A stretch of DNA of 64,000 bases, taken from the NCBI GenBank assembly GCA_050273025.1, contig CP158635.1:1116001-1180000 (forward strand). The letters run 5' to 3'. The notes under the pieces are model-generated. The model saw only the letters and a list, made by a program, of their open reading frames with translations. It did not search any database and was not told the origin of the DNA. Both the position numbers and the translations under genes were made by a program. Source of the stretch: Cenococcum geophilum (taxonomy: Eukaryota). Positions 1-11,731 of this stretch are shown here, in pieces. Position 1 is the first letter of the stretch. Each line of letters starts with the position of its first letter.

Positions 1-509
1 CTTTAGACCACTTATTTGCGATAAGTTCTTATTAGTTACAGTAGTTAAGTACTAACTAGATTTTAAATGTGGCGCCGCTATTATAGTTAGGGACCCTATA
101 TATTTATAAGCGGGTAAAAGCTTAATATAGAATAGTATAGAGTAACTTATAAAGACAGTAGAGCGGATAATATATTAGACAATTAGTAATAATACAATAA
201 GACAATCCTAACAGTTATGATAAGAAGGTATGCTAATAGTATTAACTTAAGATAATAGCAGATGCTAACGAGAGCGATTTAAAAGCGATATAAGAAATAA
301 AACGGAATATAAGTCTTAATATAAGAAGTAGGATAAGATGCAAGCTTTAATATAGGTAGTAGAATAAAATATAAGACTTAGAGTAAGAAACGGAACAAAA
401 GGTATATAGCGAGACGAGATATAAGATTTGCGCTGCTAACTAAGTAAATAACAATAAGAGAGCTGATAATTTTATTCTTCGTGTTATAACTAGTCAGTAA
501 AGCAGCTCT

Positions 510-860
510 AAAGAGGTAGGGAAATAAGTTTAGGACAATCTAAGACATTAAAAAATGTCCAAGATTGTATGAAAAAGTAAAATATAATATAGCATTTTAT
601 TCCGCAAGTATAAGGTAAGGCAAAATACATAGTAGAGAGAGGTAGGGGGATAATCCAAGACATTATAAAAGGTCTAAGATTGTATAAAAAAAAGTGAAAT
701 ATAATATGGTATTTTATCCCATAAGCGTAAGATAAGGTAAAGTACATAGTAGAGAGAGGTAGGGGGATAATCTAAGACATTATAAAAAGTCTAAGATTGT
801 ATAAAACAAAGTAAAATATAATATAGTATTTTATCCTACAAGCGCAAGATAAGGCTTTGG
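510..860. repeat. ~117-bp tandem repeat, about 3 copies
   Basis: The unit AGAGAGGTAGGGGGATAATC(C/T)AAGACATTATAAAA...TATTTTATCC...AGATAAGG recurs at ~511, ~634 and ~751. Confidence 0.85.
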
Positions 861-2899
861 GATACCCTTTCACCCAAAGTATAACCTATTTTTAAGCTAT
901 ATCACTAATAAAGCAACTTTTTTTTAGGTAAGCTGTTACGTCTACTATATAGGCAACCTAAAACTAGTATCCTAGATCCCACTTATGGCTACTACGCCTT
1001 ATATTAAAGATATTCGCTAGACTTATTTATATATAGGTCCCATAGTCCAAATTGTATATTAAGCTATCTATAACACAGCTATTATTACTCTAGCCCTATA
1101 ACACCGTACTCTTATTTATACGCCTTTTTCTTCTATTTCCTGCTATTATCCGCTTAATCTTTTAAACTTCTATAGCCGCCTAAACTAATACTATAGCCTC
1201 TTTGTCTTTAAAAATATAACTACATTAAGCTTAGCTTAGCCTTAATTTCTCTTTAAAAATATAGCTACGTTAAGCTTACCTCGGCCTCAATTTCTCTAAA
1301 CGTATACTACCTAGAAATATATCCCGCCTTATATAACTATTATAAACTCTACCTATAATATAGCGTCTAGTGCCCTAGCGTAGAGCGGGCTCTTTTAAAA
1401 GCCGCATTATAATGCCTTCCAAAGACTAGACACCTAAAGCTTCTTTAGCCGCTATGAATAAGGGAGATGCCAATATACAGATTAACAGTAGCATACTAGG
1501 TAGAGATGGCCCTAATCTTCACAAGCTAGGGTAGGATATTAAGGTTAAGCTGGCTGATCTATAGACTAACCCAAATAACCCGTTCTTTTCTGCTAAATTA
1601 TTTAAAGAGCTCTAACTATATTTTAGCTCTCCGTACCCTAGTAATATATAGGCTCGTGCTAATATATCTGTTTAATAGGAAACCGGAGGTGTTAAAAGGA
1701 ATTCTAGAAATAAACTTTTAAAAGCCGTTAAAGATAAGCAGTTAGCCTATAAGATATAGGCTTTCTATTTAGTTACTTTACGGGCTTTAAATCATCTATA
1801 TTATTGCTAATACCTATTATCCAGCCTAACCCTTTAGCGTTACTCTAATAATAAATATAAGACTTCCGGGCAGCAGCTTAAGTTAGATATTGGTTAGAAC
1901 TCTATATACCTAAAACCAGATATTATAGTTCTAAGTACTAACTTATTCAGTTATCTCAACTTAACTAGCACTACCCTTAATCCTCCCTTTTTTCTTATTA
2001 CGGCTTATATAGAAATAACGGAATCACAAGTCCGGATAGCTAACATTATTAGGCTCTGTAATATTAGTAGTAAATAATATCTTCGCCGTAGCTATAGTCC
2101 TATAGCTATTGCCTAAGAATACTATATATTGTTATTTAGACGGATAAAGGTTTTTTAGGTACCATTAAGTCTTTAATTCACAGTTTGGCTGCTTTAGACT
2201 CTTTTAAGTCCTTAAACTTGGTATTAAGCTTAGTATTAAGCTGGTTACACTTACGCTTTAATATCTAGTTTGGTTACCTTGGACTCTTAAGTCCTTAAAT
2301 TTAGTATTAAGCTAGTTATACTTACGCTTTAGTATAACTAGTTCTAGTAAGAAAATAAGAGGTATACTCTTAGCAGCTACAAAGCTAAGCCACTTAGATT
2401 AAATACTAGCAATTAACCGTTAGTACTATAACACGCACTCTTTACACCTAGAAATAATACCACATTATTTAATATATAATTAGCGACAATGTAGCGGAGC
2501 TATCTATGGTGTTCTTATACCCCTAAGAGTTACGGCGGCTTTTACTAATACCTACGGTGCTATAAAAGGCGGCTGCCTAGCCACTAACACGTCTATAAAA
2601 AAACACGCGAAGAGAGATATAACACTCGCACGTTTATTACGGCCTAACTACTTATAATTTATAATTAATTTTACTACTCTAACTAGTTAAATAACGCGTA
2701 ATTATAACTAGATAGTATAAACACGGATACTAATAAGTACGCTCCGGTGGCGGTAGAATATAAGCAGAATGCCCACCCGGTGCCTCTATACGGTATACCA
2801 CATTAGAAAAGCGTCCTATCGTTATTATTATTACTTAGAGTAGAGATATTTAAAGCAACTAAGAATATAAAGGCGGGTAAACTAATTTTGTGCGAGACC

Positions 2900-5640
2900 G
2901 ATAATAATATATAGTAAGTTAACCAGACAATTTTAGATATTACTATATAATAACACAATAATAGCTAAAGTATACTATACAATCCTTTTTATTTAGAGTT
3001 TAATTACGCCTTTTTAATATAGCTGCACCGCATTTGCTATATAAAGGGAGACGTTAACGTACTGCTTAAAGACACCCGCCTTAGCCCACTTTATAGCCTG
3101 CTCAGCTTCTAATTTGCAAATTAATAAGAGAAACTAATCACCGCTATTCTATTTAGTATATAAGATAAATAATAGCTCCAATTAAAGTATAAGGTGGAAT
3201 CGAATATTAAAGGCTCTAAGCAGAGGAAATACTATATTCTTTACTAGGATATTATAAATATAATTACCTTTCTAATTAGCCATTAACCCTTTAAAGATGC
3301 ACTAATATATACACTAAAGAGACTCTACAATGCCGACAACCACTAAGTCTACAATAAGCTATATAGCGGTAACTAGTAGTAGGAGATATAAGGCAAGGTT
3401 CCTAGCGGTACTACAGTAGTTCCTATACTTATAGCAGTCAATAAGACCTAGCTAATAATACACTATAGCAATAAATTGGCCTAGCCGGTATATCTTACCA
3501 TCGGTAATCTTAACTAACAAGTTTAACGCTAATAGATATCCCCCGTAAATATTCTTGTCGGTTTTATGCCAGTTATTAAAGAAAAGAATAATAATATAAA
3601 AAGTAAAGCATATTATAAGGCGATAAGAACTATACTTAAATATAAGTCCTGCTTTAGTATTCTAACGCTATATTCCATAAACTAAAATATAATAGTAATT
3701 AAGTATCTTATAGAAAGCGGCATAGACCTTTAATATGCGGATAATTTTATATAACGATATTATCCAATTATATATGGAATAATAGTAGACTATAAAGAAC
3801 AAGTACTGCTTATAAGTGTTAAAAGCCAATAGCACTACACTATATACTAGGTCCCCCCTTTAAAGCGCGAGAACTTAACTAAAAAATAATACCCGCCACG
3901 CACCTATAAGGAGACGAGAAGATAGATTAAACACCAGCAACTAAAGAACATTCTTCCATCCTTAGACAACTGGGTATACCCGGTAGAATATTTCGCATAG
4001 CACTATCGCCTATTTAATATCCATAAGGGCATAATAGTAGATATTCTACATTAGCTTCTAAAGGGTATCATTATATAACTTATTAAATAGGTATAGAAAC
4101 TGGTAGGCGATATCGTCTAGCCAAAAAAAAAGAGAAGAGGGACGAAGATAACCACAATAAATATATCTACGGAGGCTTAGCTTAATTAGCGTTTTAAATA
4201 AGTCCTGGCTTTTACGGAACTAAAACGGTTTAATAATCTATCATTTAGTAAAGTTACTTAATAGACAGGTAATAAATAAAAAGCCATAGTTCGTTAACTT
4301 GTTGCTATGCTAGCCCCACTGCTGTCATCCAGGGAACTATATGCTATGCATTTTATAAGAGCTGTATACAACTTCGTTATTATAGCTTAGTATTACACCC
4401 ATAATAAGGAGACACTACGATATATACACCACGCCCTATATTAAATTGATATGCTTAAAGGCGTATTTTAAAGTTTCCGTCTAAAGGTAAAGGATTCTAA
4501 TACGGGCCATTTTAATATACTAAAATTCCATGCCCTTATACATTTTAAGGAAAATATCCGCCTATATGGATGCGCAGATAGGTACTACACTGGCGCAAAT
4601 AGCGAAGCTGGACACTGTTATATTATTAAGGCGTTTTATAACTTAATAAATAAACGGGATTTGCTATCTTAAATCTGCTCTTATAATTTAAGATAGGTAG
4701 CAGTACTAGCAATGGAAGACGAAATAGCTTTCACGAATAGTAATTCTGTACTATAGTCTTCCTAATATCTAGAGGTATAGGTTACTTAACCAATATAGTA
4801 TTTGGCAGTTATAAAGCTTTAGTGGCCTTTAGAAGACATAAATAGGGCAACAGATCTTGTCCAAAGGCGTCTTGGGTTAAAGACGTGGCTTTATATATCT
4901 TATATAGCAAACTGCTACAAAATCCTAGGGTTTCTAGATGGTATTGTGGTATTTGTCTAAGAATACAGGCAAAAACTATAAGGCGAACGTGCCTAGAACT
5001 CCAATATAGACTAGAAAGAAAAGGATTCTTTATAGGTTAAGCGCCTACTTATTAAAATATATCCATCTATCCGCTATTAGAAACGAGACGGAAAAAATGC
5101 AACTAACCTTAAGGCCCAAATTAGTGAGGTAGTACGTTGCGCACCAGATTGGCAATATTCTAACTAGTAGAGGCGTAATTATGTATAGGTTCAAAAGTAT
5201 ATAGATAACGACAACCGTATTAGAAAGGGCCGCACACTATTAGGTAGAAGACTTATAGGCCAGCTTTAGCTAATTGTTACTATTCTAGATATTAAAAGGT
5301 TAGATAAGTATGGTGTATACATATAGTATACTAGAGCTATAGTAGAGCTGCTTCAGCCATTAAATCATAGACTACCGCATCTAACATACGGCATAGTTAA
5401 GGTAAAAAGGTGGCCGCGCTTAAGCGTAAATACTAGGCAAGTACTTAGAGGTAGTCGCTTTTATTTAATGCCATCTATTCTATAAAGCGCGCATATTGTT
5501 CTAGCCGCTACTTCTTGTCTAGATTTATACTATATTAATAATTATATTAATTAGGACCAATATAATACTCTATACTTAGACAACTTTCTTAAAGAAGGAA
5601 CCCGTATCGCGTTATTATATAGAAGCTAGAACAAATAGTA
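2900..5640 (+). pseudogene. Plavaka-family (CMC/EnSpm-related) transposase, RIP-inactivated
   Basis: De-RIPed translation at ~3320-3540 reads ERLYNADNHRVYNELYSGDWWWEMQGKVPSGTTVVPILIAVDKTQL..HHGDKLAWPVYLTIGNL. Later motifs are DYEEQVLL, VDILHQLLKG, HFNILKFHAL.HF.ENIRLYG and YYINNYIDWDQYN. The 5' boundary is approximate. Confidence 0.85.
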
Positions 5641-5664
5641 AAAGTAGCTAAGCTAGTATAGAAC

Positions 5665-5740
5665 CTATATAAGACTATATAGGACTATATAAGATTGTAT
5701 AAGATTATATAAGATTATATAAGATTATATAAAATTATTT
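5665..5740. repeat. 10-bp tandem repeat (AAGATTATAT)n
   Basis: aagactatat aggactatat aagattgtat aagattatat aagattatat aagattatat. Confidence 0.85.
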
Positions 5741-5819
5741 TGATTTTAATATATATTATAAGCTAGCATACTATAGGCTAAGAAAATAGTAAAAATTCAT
5801 TTGCGTAATTGGCATACAA

Positions 5820-6170
5820 CTTTAAAATAATATATTATATTACCTTAATTGCATATCAAGGAATGTGCAGTTAGCTTTTAAAGTTGTTAAGTTAGTTAAC
5901 TGCGTATTATTTAAATTTTAAGTTAGTTAATTGCATATCAAAGAATATGCAGTTAGCTTTTAAAGTTATTAAGTAGGTCAACTGCGTGTTATTTAACTTT
6001 TAAATATGTTAAGTTGGTTAATTGCGTATTAAGTTAGTTAAGTTGCATATTAAGTTGGTTAATTACGTGTTAAGTTGGTTAAGTTATATATCAAGTTAGT
6101 CAATTGCGTGTTAAGTTAGTCAATTACGTGTCGAGTTGGTTAAATTACATGTCAATTACGCGAAACGCGA
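5820..6170. repeat. Subterminal repeat array, ~20-bp unit (AATTGCGTRTYAAGTTGGTY-like)
   Basis: More than 10 degenerate copies lie downstream of the Plavaka transposase, including a ~95-bp higher-order duplication at 5846-6010. Confidence 0.8.
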
Positions 6171-9100
6171 AAAATAAAGTCTACTTGAATCTCATCCTGC
6201 GAATATTTTCCCAATATACTAAGATTAAGAAGTAGGAAGACTTTAAGGATCCACTTATAAGACGCGAAAGAAAAGAAACTATAGAGGAATTTAGAGCAAG
6301 AATTACCTTATAGCAAGAATAGAAACTAGATAAGAGATCTAGTATATTAGAACGTATAAAGGACAAAATACTAGTATAAAGAATTACTAATAGGCCTAGG
6401 GCAGGCACACTAAGAGCTAAGTAGCTTACTAAACTGGAAAATAAAGAGGATCTAGGGATCCCTATTAGGTTTAAAGAATAATATATAAAGGGCTGTTATA
6501 ATATAATAATAAGAAGATACTTCCTTACGGACGAACCGTATACACTCTAGTAGTTATACTAAAAGTGGTATAGACAAAGGTACAACGACGAGTAGGAAGA
6601 TTTCTATATATAGTTAGACGAAAAAGGTATCTAAGACTACCCAATTACAGAGAAGGCTATAAATTATATTAAAGGAGCCTTAATTATAATATTAAAGGAT
6701 CTAAAGGAATGCTTAGAGGACTAGAGAAGCGAGAGACGCATCTTAGTACCCGCGAATAAAGTTATAACGTTTAGATTAATATAGCAGAGGTTTAAACTTA
6801 AGGATAAAGACGAGCTAAGAGTTAACCTAAGACACTAAGTATATTATACACTAGTATAGATTATATGCGTAGATAATATATATAATATACACAGAGCACC
6901 TAAAGATAAGTATAAGAAATATCCTATAAGAATATATTAGATAATAGAAGAACGGAAATATTAAAACGCTAAGTATATGTATAGCTGGCATCTAGTAAAA
7001 GTTTAGGAGTTAGGAGACTTAATACTTTAGCTAAAAAGATTCCTTACGGAAGAATACCTAGATGGATAATAGTAGTGGGAATGCCTAGAGAATACGTGTC
7101 TATAGTATATTAAAGATAAAAAGCGAACTAAGTATTAGCTTAAGTTAGACTAAGTATAAACAGGATTAAGTAGCTAATAGTTAGGAAAAGTAGAGGCCTA
7201 TAGGACTAGAGGGAGCTAGTAGTAGAGCCTTAAACCCTTAAAGGAATTTAAGGATAATACCTAAATTTATAAGTAAAATAGCAAGATTAATAGTTTAAAG
7301 CGCTAATAGATAGTGGAGTAATACAAAACCATATTTTATTAGTAGCAGTTAAAAGAATAGGGCTATCTTATAGACGGAAGGAGCAACCTTACCTATTAGT
7401 AATAATTTTAGGAGATCTAATAGCCTACGGAGGAGGTATTATTAACCTTAAAATAGGACCTATTTAGTTAACTATTAAAGGAAGATAAACTAAAGATGTC
7501 TTTTAATATATTACTATTAGGGAATAATAAGGCAGTACTAGGAATGCCTTAGTTACAGGAATACAATCTAAAGATCGATTGGGTTATAGGTTAGGTTAAT
7601 ATTAGGGATACTTAACGCTATAAGATGCGATAATAAGCTAAGTTAGTATAGTACTAAGTAGGAGTAACCTATAAAGAAATAGAAAAAGGACTAAGTTATG
7701 TACTAAAGAGATACTATAAGTATAGTAAGAAACTATAGTCACTAGAAAGTAAGAAGCTATTAGAGTATGCAGTATAGGATTATAAGATAGAATTGGAACT
7801 AGGAATAAGTCTAAGGTTCTTTCTAATTTATAAGCTTACTGAAGAAGAAGGTAGAGTATTAAAGGAGTTTATTTAGGAAAACCTATAAAAGGGATATATT
7901 AGACTATTACAGTTATTAGTAGGTTATCCAGTACTATTCGTACTAAAGAAAAATGGTAAACTAAGGCTATGTATTAACTATAGATAGTTAAATAGCATTA
8001 CTAGGAAGGATAGGTATTCTTTACTCTTAATTAGCGAAATCTAAGACAGGATAGGTAACGCGTAAATCTTTATAAAGATAGATTTAAGATAGGCGTTCTA
8101 TTAGATTAGAATTAAGGAAGGTAACAAATAAAAGGCAGCCTTTAGATTAAAGGAAGGACTATATAAACTATTAGTTATGCAATTTAGGCTTATAAATATA
8201 CTAGCAACGTTTTAAAAGCGTATTAATAATGTATTAGGAGAATACTTAGATAAATTTGTTATGGTATACCTTAACGACATTATTATCTACTTAATAAGTA
8301 AGGAAGAGTACGGGGAATATGTTAAATAGGTCTTAAAGAGACTATAAGAAGAATAGATGCTAGTAGTAATTAAGAAATGCGAGTTCTTTACTAGGAAGAC
8401 CGATTTTATTAGATTTATTATTAAACTAGGCCAACTTAGTATAGACCTAAAGAAGATTAAGGCTATAGTAAATTGGTAGGAACTAGAGAACATTATATAG
8501 TTAAGATTATTTTTAGGGTTTTGCAATTACTATAAAAGGTTTATAGCGCAATGGTTAAAGGATATTAAGCCACTTATATAATTAACGAAGAAAGAAGAAC
8601 TATAGGCATAGGGAGAGAAGTAAAGGGAACTCTTTAAAAAAGTTAAAGAGTTATTTACCTAGGAGCTAGTTCTTAAAATTTATTAACTAGGACTAGAAAC
8701 AGTTATAGAAACGGATGCATTAGACTATATACTAGAGGCGTGCTTTATATAAAAACATTAAAATAAATAGCACCTAGTAGTATACTATAGTCGGAAGATA
8801 ACACTATTAGAGTTAAACTATAACATCTATAATAAGGAGTTATTAGGTATAGTTATAGTACTAAAGAAATAGAGAGCATTCTTATAAGGTATAAAGAAAC
8901 TATTTATAGTTAAAACGGATTATAAAAACCTAATAGGATTCCTAATAATAAAGGAACTTAACTAAAGATAGGTTAAATAGGTAGAGATGCTTATAGAATA
9001 CCATTTTAAGATTTAGTATATTAAGGGTACGGATAATACGTAAGCAGACACTTTAAGTTAAAAAGCTAAACTATAAAACGATAAAAAGCTATTAGGGGCT

Positions 9101-10599
9101 TTACTGCGAAAAGATATAGACAGATTAATTAGGTATAATTATCTAAAAATTATAGTAACTTAAGAGAAACTAGAAAAAGTTTATAAGTTATTAGAAAGCT
9201 TTTAGGTATAAAGAATTCCAAAAGTATAGCTAGAAGATCTATAAACGAATATATATAAAAATTAAGAAGTAAAGTATATCCTAAAAAGCATAGCAGAATA
9301 ATTTGTAGAAGAATTCTATAAAGGATTAACTTAAGGACATAATGGAGCTATAGGCTTAGTGTTAAGAATCTAAGAGGAGTATATTATTAATAGAATTTAA
9401 AGCTTAGCGTGAAAGATTACTAAAGAATATCTAGATTGCTAGAGGAATAAACTAATAAGGTATAAGCCGTATAGAGGGCTATAATCTGCTAAAATACTAG
9501 AAAGACTATAGGAAGTTATATTATAGGACTTTATTATTAAGTTATTAAAGTTAAGAGACCTTATTACCGGATAAGATTATAATATAATCTTAGTAATAGT
9601 AGACAAGCTTATAAAGTGGGGATACTTTATAGCATATACAGAAGAAATATTAGTAGAAGACGTCGCTAGAATCTATATTAAGGAAGTATTTATAAGATAT
9701 AAAGTACTAAGTAAGATTATATTAGATAGAGATCTAAGATTTATAGCAGCATTTTAAAAGGTATTCTTAGCGGAATAAGAAGTTAGAGTAGTAACTTTTA
9801 CTATATATTATCCGCAAACGGATAGATAAATAAAAAGATTAAACTAGATACTAAAACAGTATCTAAGATATTATATTAATTACGCATAGAATAATTGGGT
9901 ATTACTATTACTAGTTATATAATTCGCATATAATATAATACTTTAAGAAGGAATAGGTATATTACTATTTAAGGCAAACTATAGATATAAGCTAAGAATA
10001 TTGTTATTATTATAATAAGTAAAGAAAACAAGTAATATAGCTAAAGAAAGAATAAAGACGTTAATAAATCTTTATATAGACCTTATGGAATTAATAAAGG
10101 GAGTATAAAAAAGAATAAAAAAGTACTATAATACTAAGAGATCTAAGGGACCAGATCTTAAGGAGGGAGATAAAGTATGGCTACTATATAAAAATTTCAA
10201 AAGCTAACAATTAAGTAAAAAGTTAGATTACGTTAAACTAGGACCTTTTAAAATTAAGTAAAGGATTTTACTAGTTACGTTTAAGTTAAACCTACTAGCT
10301 AAAATAAAGATCTACCCTATATAGTATATTGCGATACTAGAGCTAGTATACGGGAATATTAAGCCACTAGTTTACGAAGTAGACATATATAGAGGGCAAG
10401 AGGAAGATAAATAGTAAGTTTTAAAGATCGTTAGCTATAAAGATATTAACGATAAAATATAGTATAAAGTAAAGTAGATAGGCTATAATAAGACTACCTA
10501 GGAACTACTAGAGAATTTAAAGAATATTATAGGAAAGGTATAGGAGTATTAGAAGAAATTAGGTTAGGTAGTATTAATAAAAAAGGATTATAAAAAAAT

Positions 10600-11199
10600 A
10601 AGTTACCTAAGGGGGACCTAAGAAGAGTAGTTGCTAAACTACTTAGATCTGTTTCCTTTTTGGCTAAAAGAGAATCCGTTCTTTTATTACTAAGTTCCTA
10701 TAAACCCTATTCTATAAGTTTTTACTCCTTAAAATGGACCTTCTTACGCACCTTTTTAAGACGAATTAACTAAGCAGACGCTATAAGACGAGACTTAAGG
10801 GCCTATTACTAAGCATTAGTAGCCTCTTATTCTGCGTTATAGGAACGGCGTAACTCCGCTAGAGTAATAGATAGTTTATTATCTAGCCGTATAGTAGTAG
10901 ATTAAATATAAAACCCTAAGACAAATTAATTAGGGAACTAGATAACTATTAAGAGTAATAGGTTATATATATTTAGTATTAGAGATAGAGTAAACATTAC
11001 AGGACAAATAAATATTCGCTTTAGTGCACTTTAAATAAGAGGACGGTTATTACGAAGATAGACTCGCTAACGTAATATAAACTAACCCCTTTTTTAAATA
11101 ACGAGAATATGGAGACGGTATAATCTTACTAAGAGATAATATCGCAATAATAGTGCGAGCACGACGAGCAGTTAAGGAAGAAGAAATTGCTTTAGGTAT
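10600..11199 (-). pseudogene. Antisense extra ORF in Gypsy A 3' region: Zn2Cys6-like cluster plus coiled-coil, RIP'd, probably with one intron
   Basis: Minus strand de-RIPed reads MPKAISSSSTARRARTIIAILSLGEIMPSP-CSRC-LKKGLV-C-x13-CxxC-x8-C, then RLDDKLSVTLAELRRS...ARLIRLEKVRKKV. Four of the six Cys codons are now TAT. Confidence 0.7.
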
Positions 11200-11307
11200 A
11201 ATAAGTAAAGATATTAACTAAATTAATTAGATGGATATTATACCTCTAATAAATAACTTAAAGATATTAGGAATCTTTAAAGATAAAGATAAAGAGGAGG
11301 GAGATAG

Positions 11308-11731
11308 TGTTACGGACGCTTTAAGTACAATATTATAACTACTAGGAGAGGAGTTAGAAGAAGCTAATTAGTTAATTTAGGCATAGTCTAGGATAGAGCC
11401 GATAGAGCTATATAATAAGGAATAGTAACTAAGGTTATATAACGTAATTTATATAATTTATATAATCTGCGTAATCTATAATAGAGTAAATAGAGTATAC
11501 GTATATTACGTATAAGAAGGATTTTATAGGAGTACGGTTGTGTATTTAAGGACCCTTAATCCCTACCTAGATAGTTCCTTCTTTATAGTAATTCTCAGAA
11601 TATAATTAGAGTTAATCTATTAGGCAACTACTCCACTAGTTGTTATTACGTTATTAACTTTAATTTGTATTACCTATACACTTAGCCTAATAAAGAGCCT
11701 ATCGTAGTTCCTGCTATAAGGTTCCGTTACA
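11308..11731 (+). repeat. 3' LTR of Gypsy A
   Basis: TGTTACGG...CCGTTACA termini directly after the PPT. Confidence 0.85.

Larger units (their letters stand above)
1..6200 (+). mobile_element. Plavaka-type DNA transposon; left end outside window or unresolved
   Basis: The transposase relic is followed by a subterminal repeat array that ends at ~6170-6200, abutting Gypsy A gag. Further relic coding-like DNA lies at ~1000-2100. Confidence 0.6.
6200..11731 (+). mobile_element. Ty3/Gypsy chromovirus A, 5'-truncated, RIP'd (gag-PR-RT-RH-IN-chromodomain, 3' LTR)
   Basis: PR ALIDSG at ~7300; RT KNGKLRLCIDYRQLN at ~7950 and VYLDDIIIY at ~8265; RH ETDASDY at ~8707; IN at 9330-10000; chromodomain YEVKW.GY at ~10465. 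PPT AAAGAGGAGGGAGATAG precedes the LTR. Confidence 0.93.

Noticed and set aside
510..860. Regularly spaced repeats as a CRISPR array (also 5820-6170)
   Set aside because: Whole units repeat with no unique spacers, there are no cas genes, and the context is eukaryotic.
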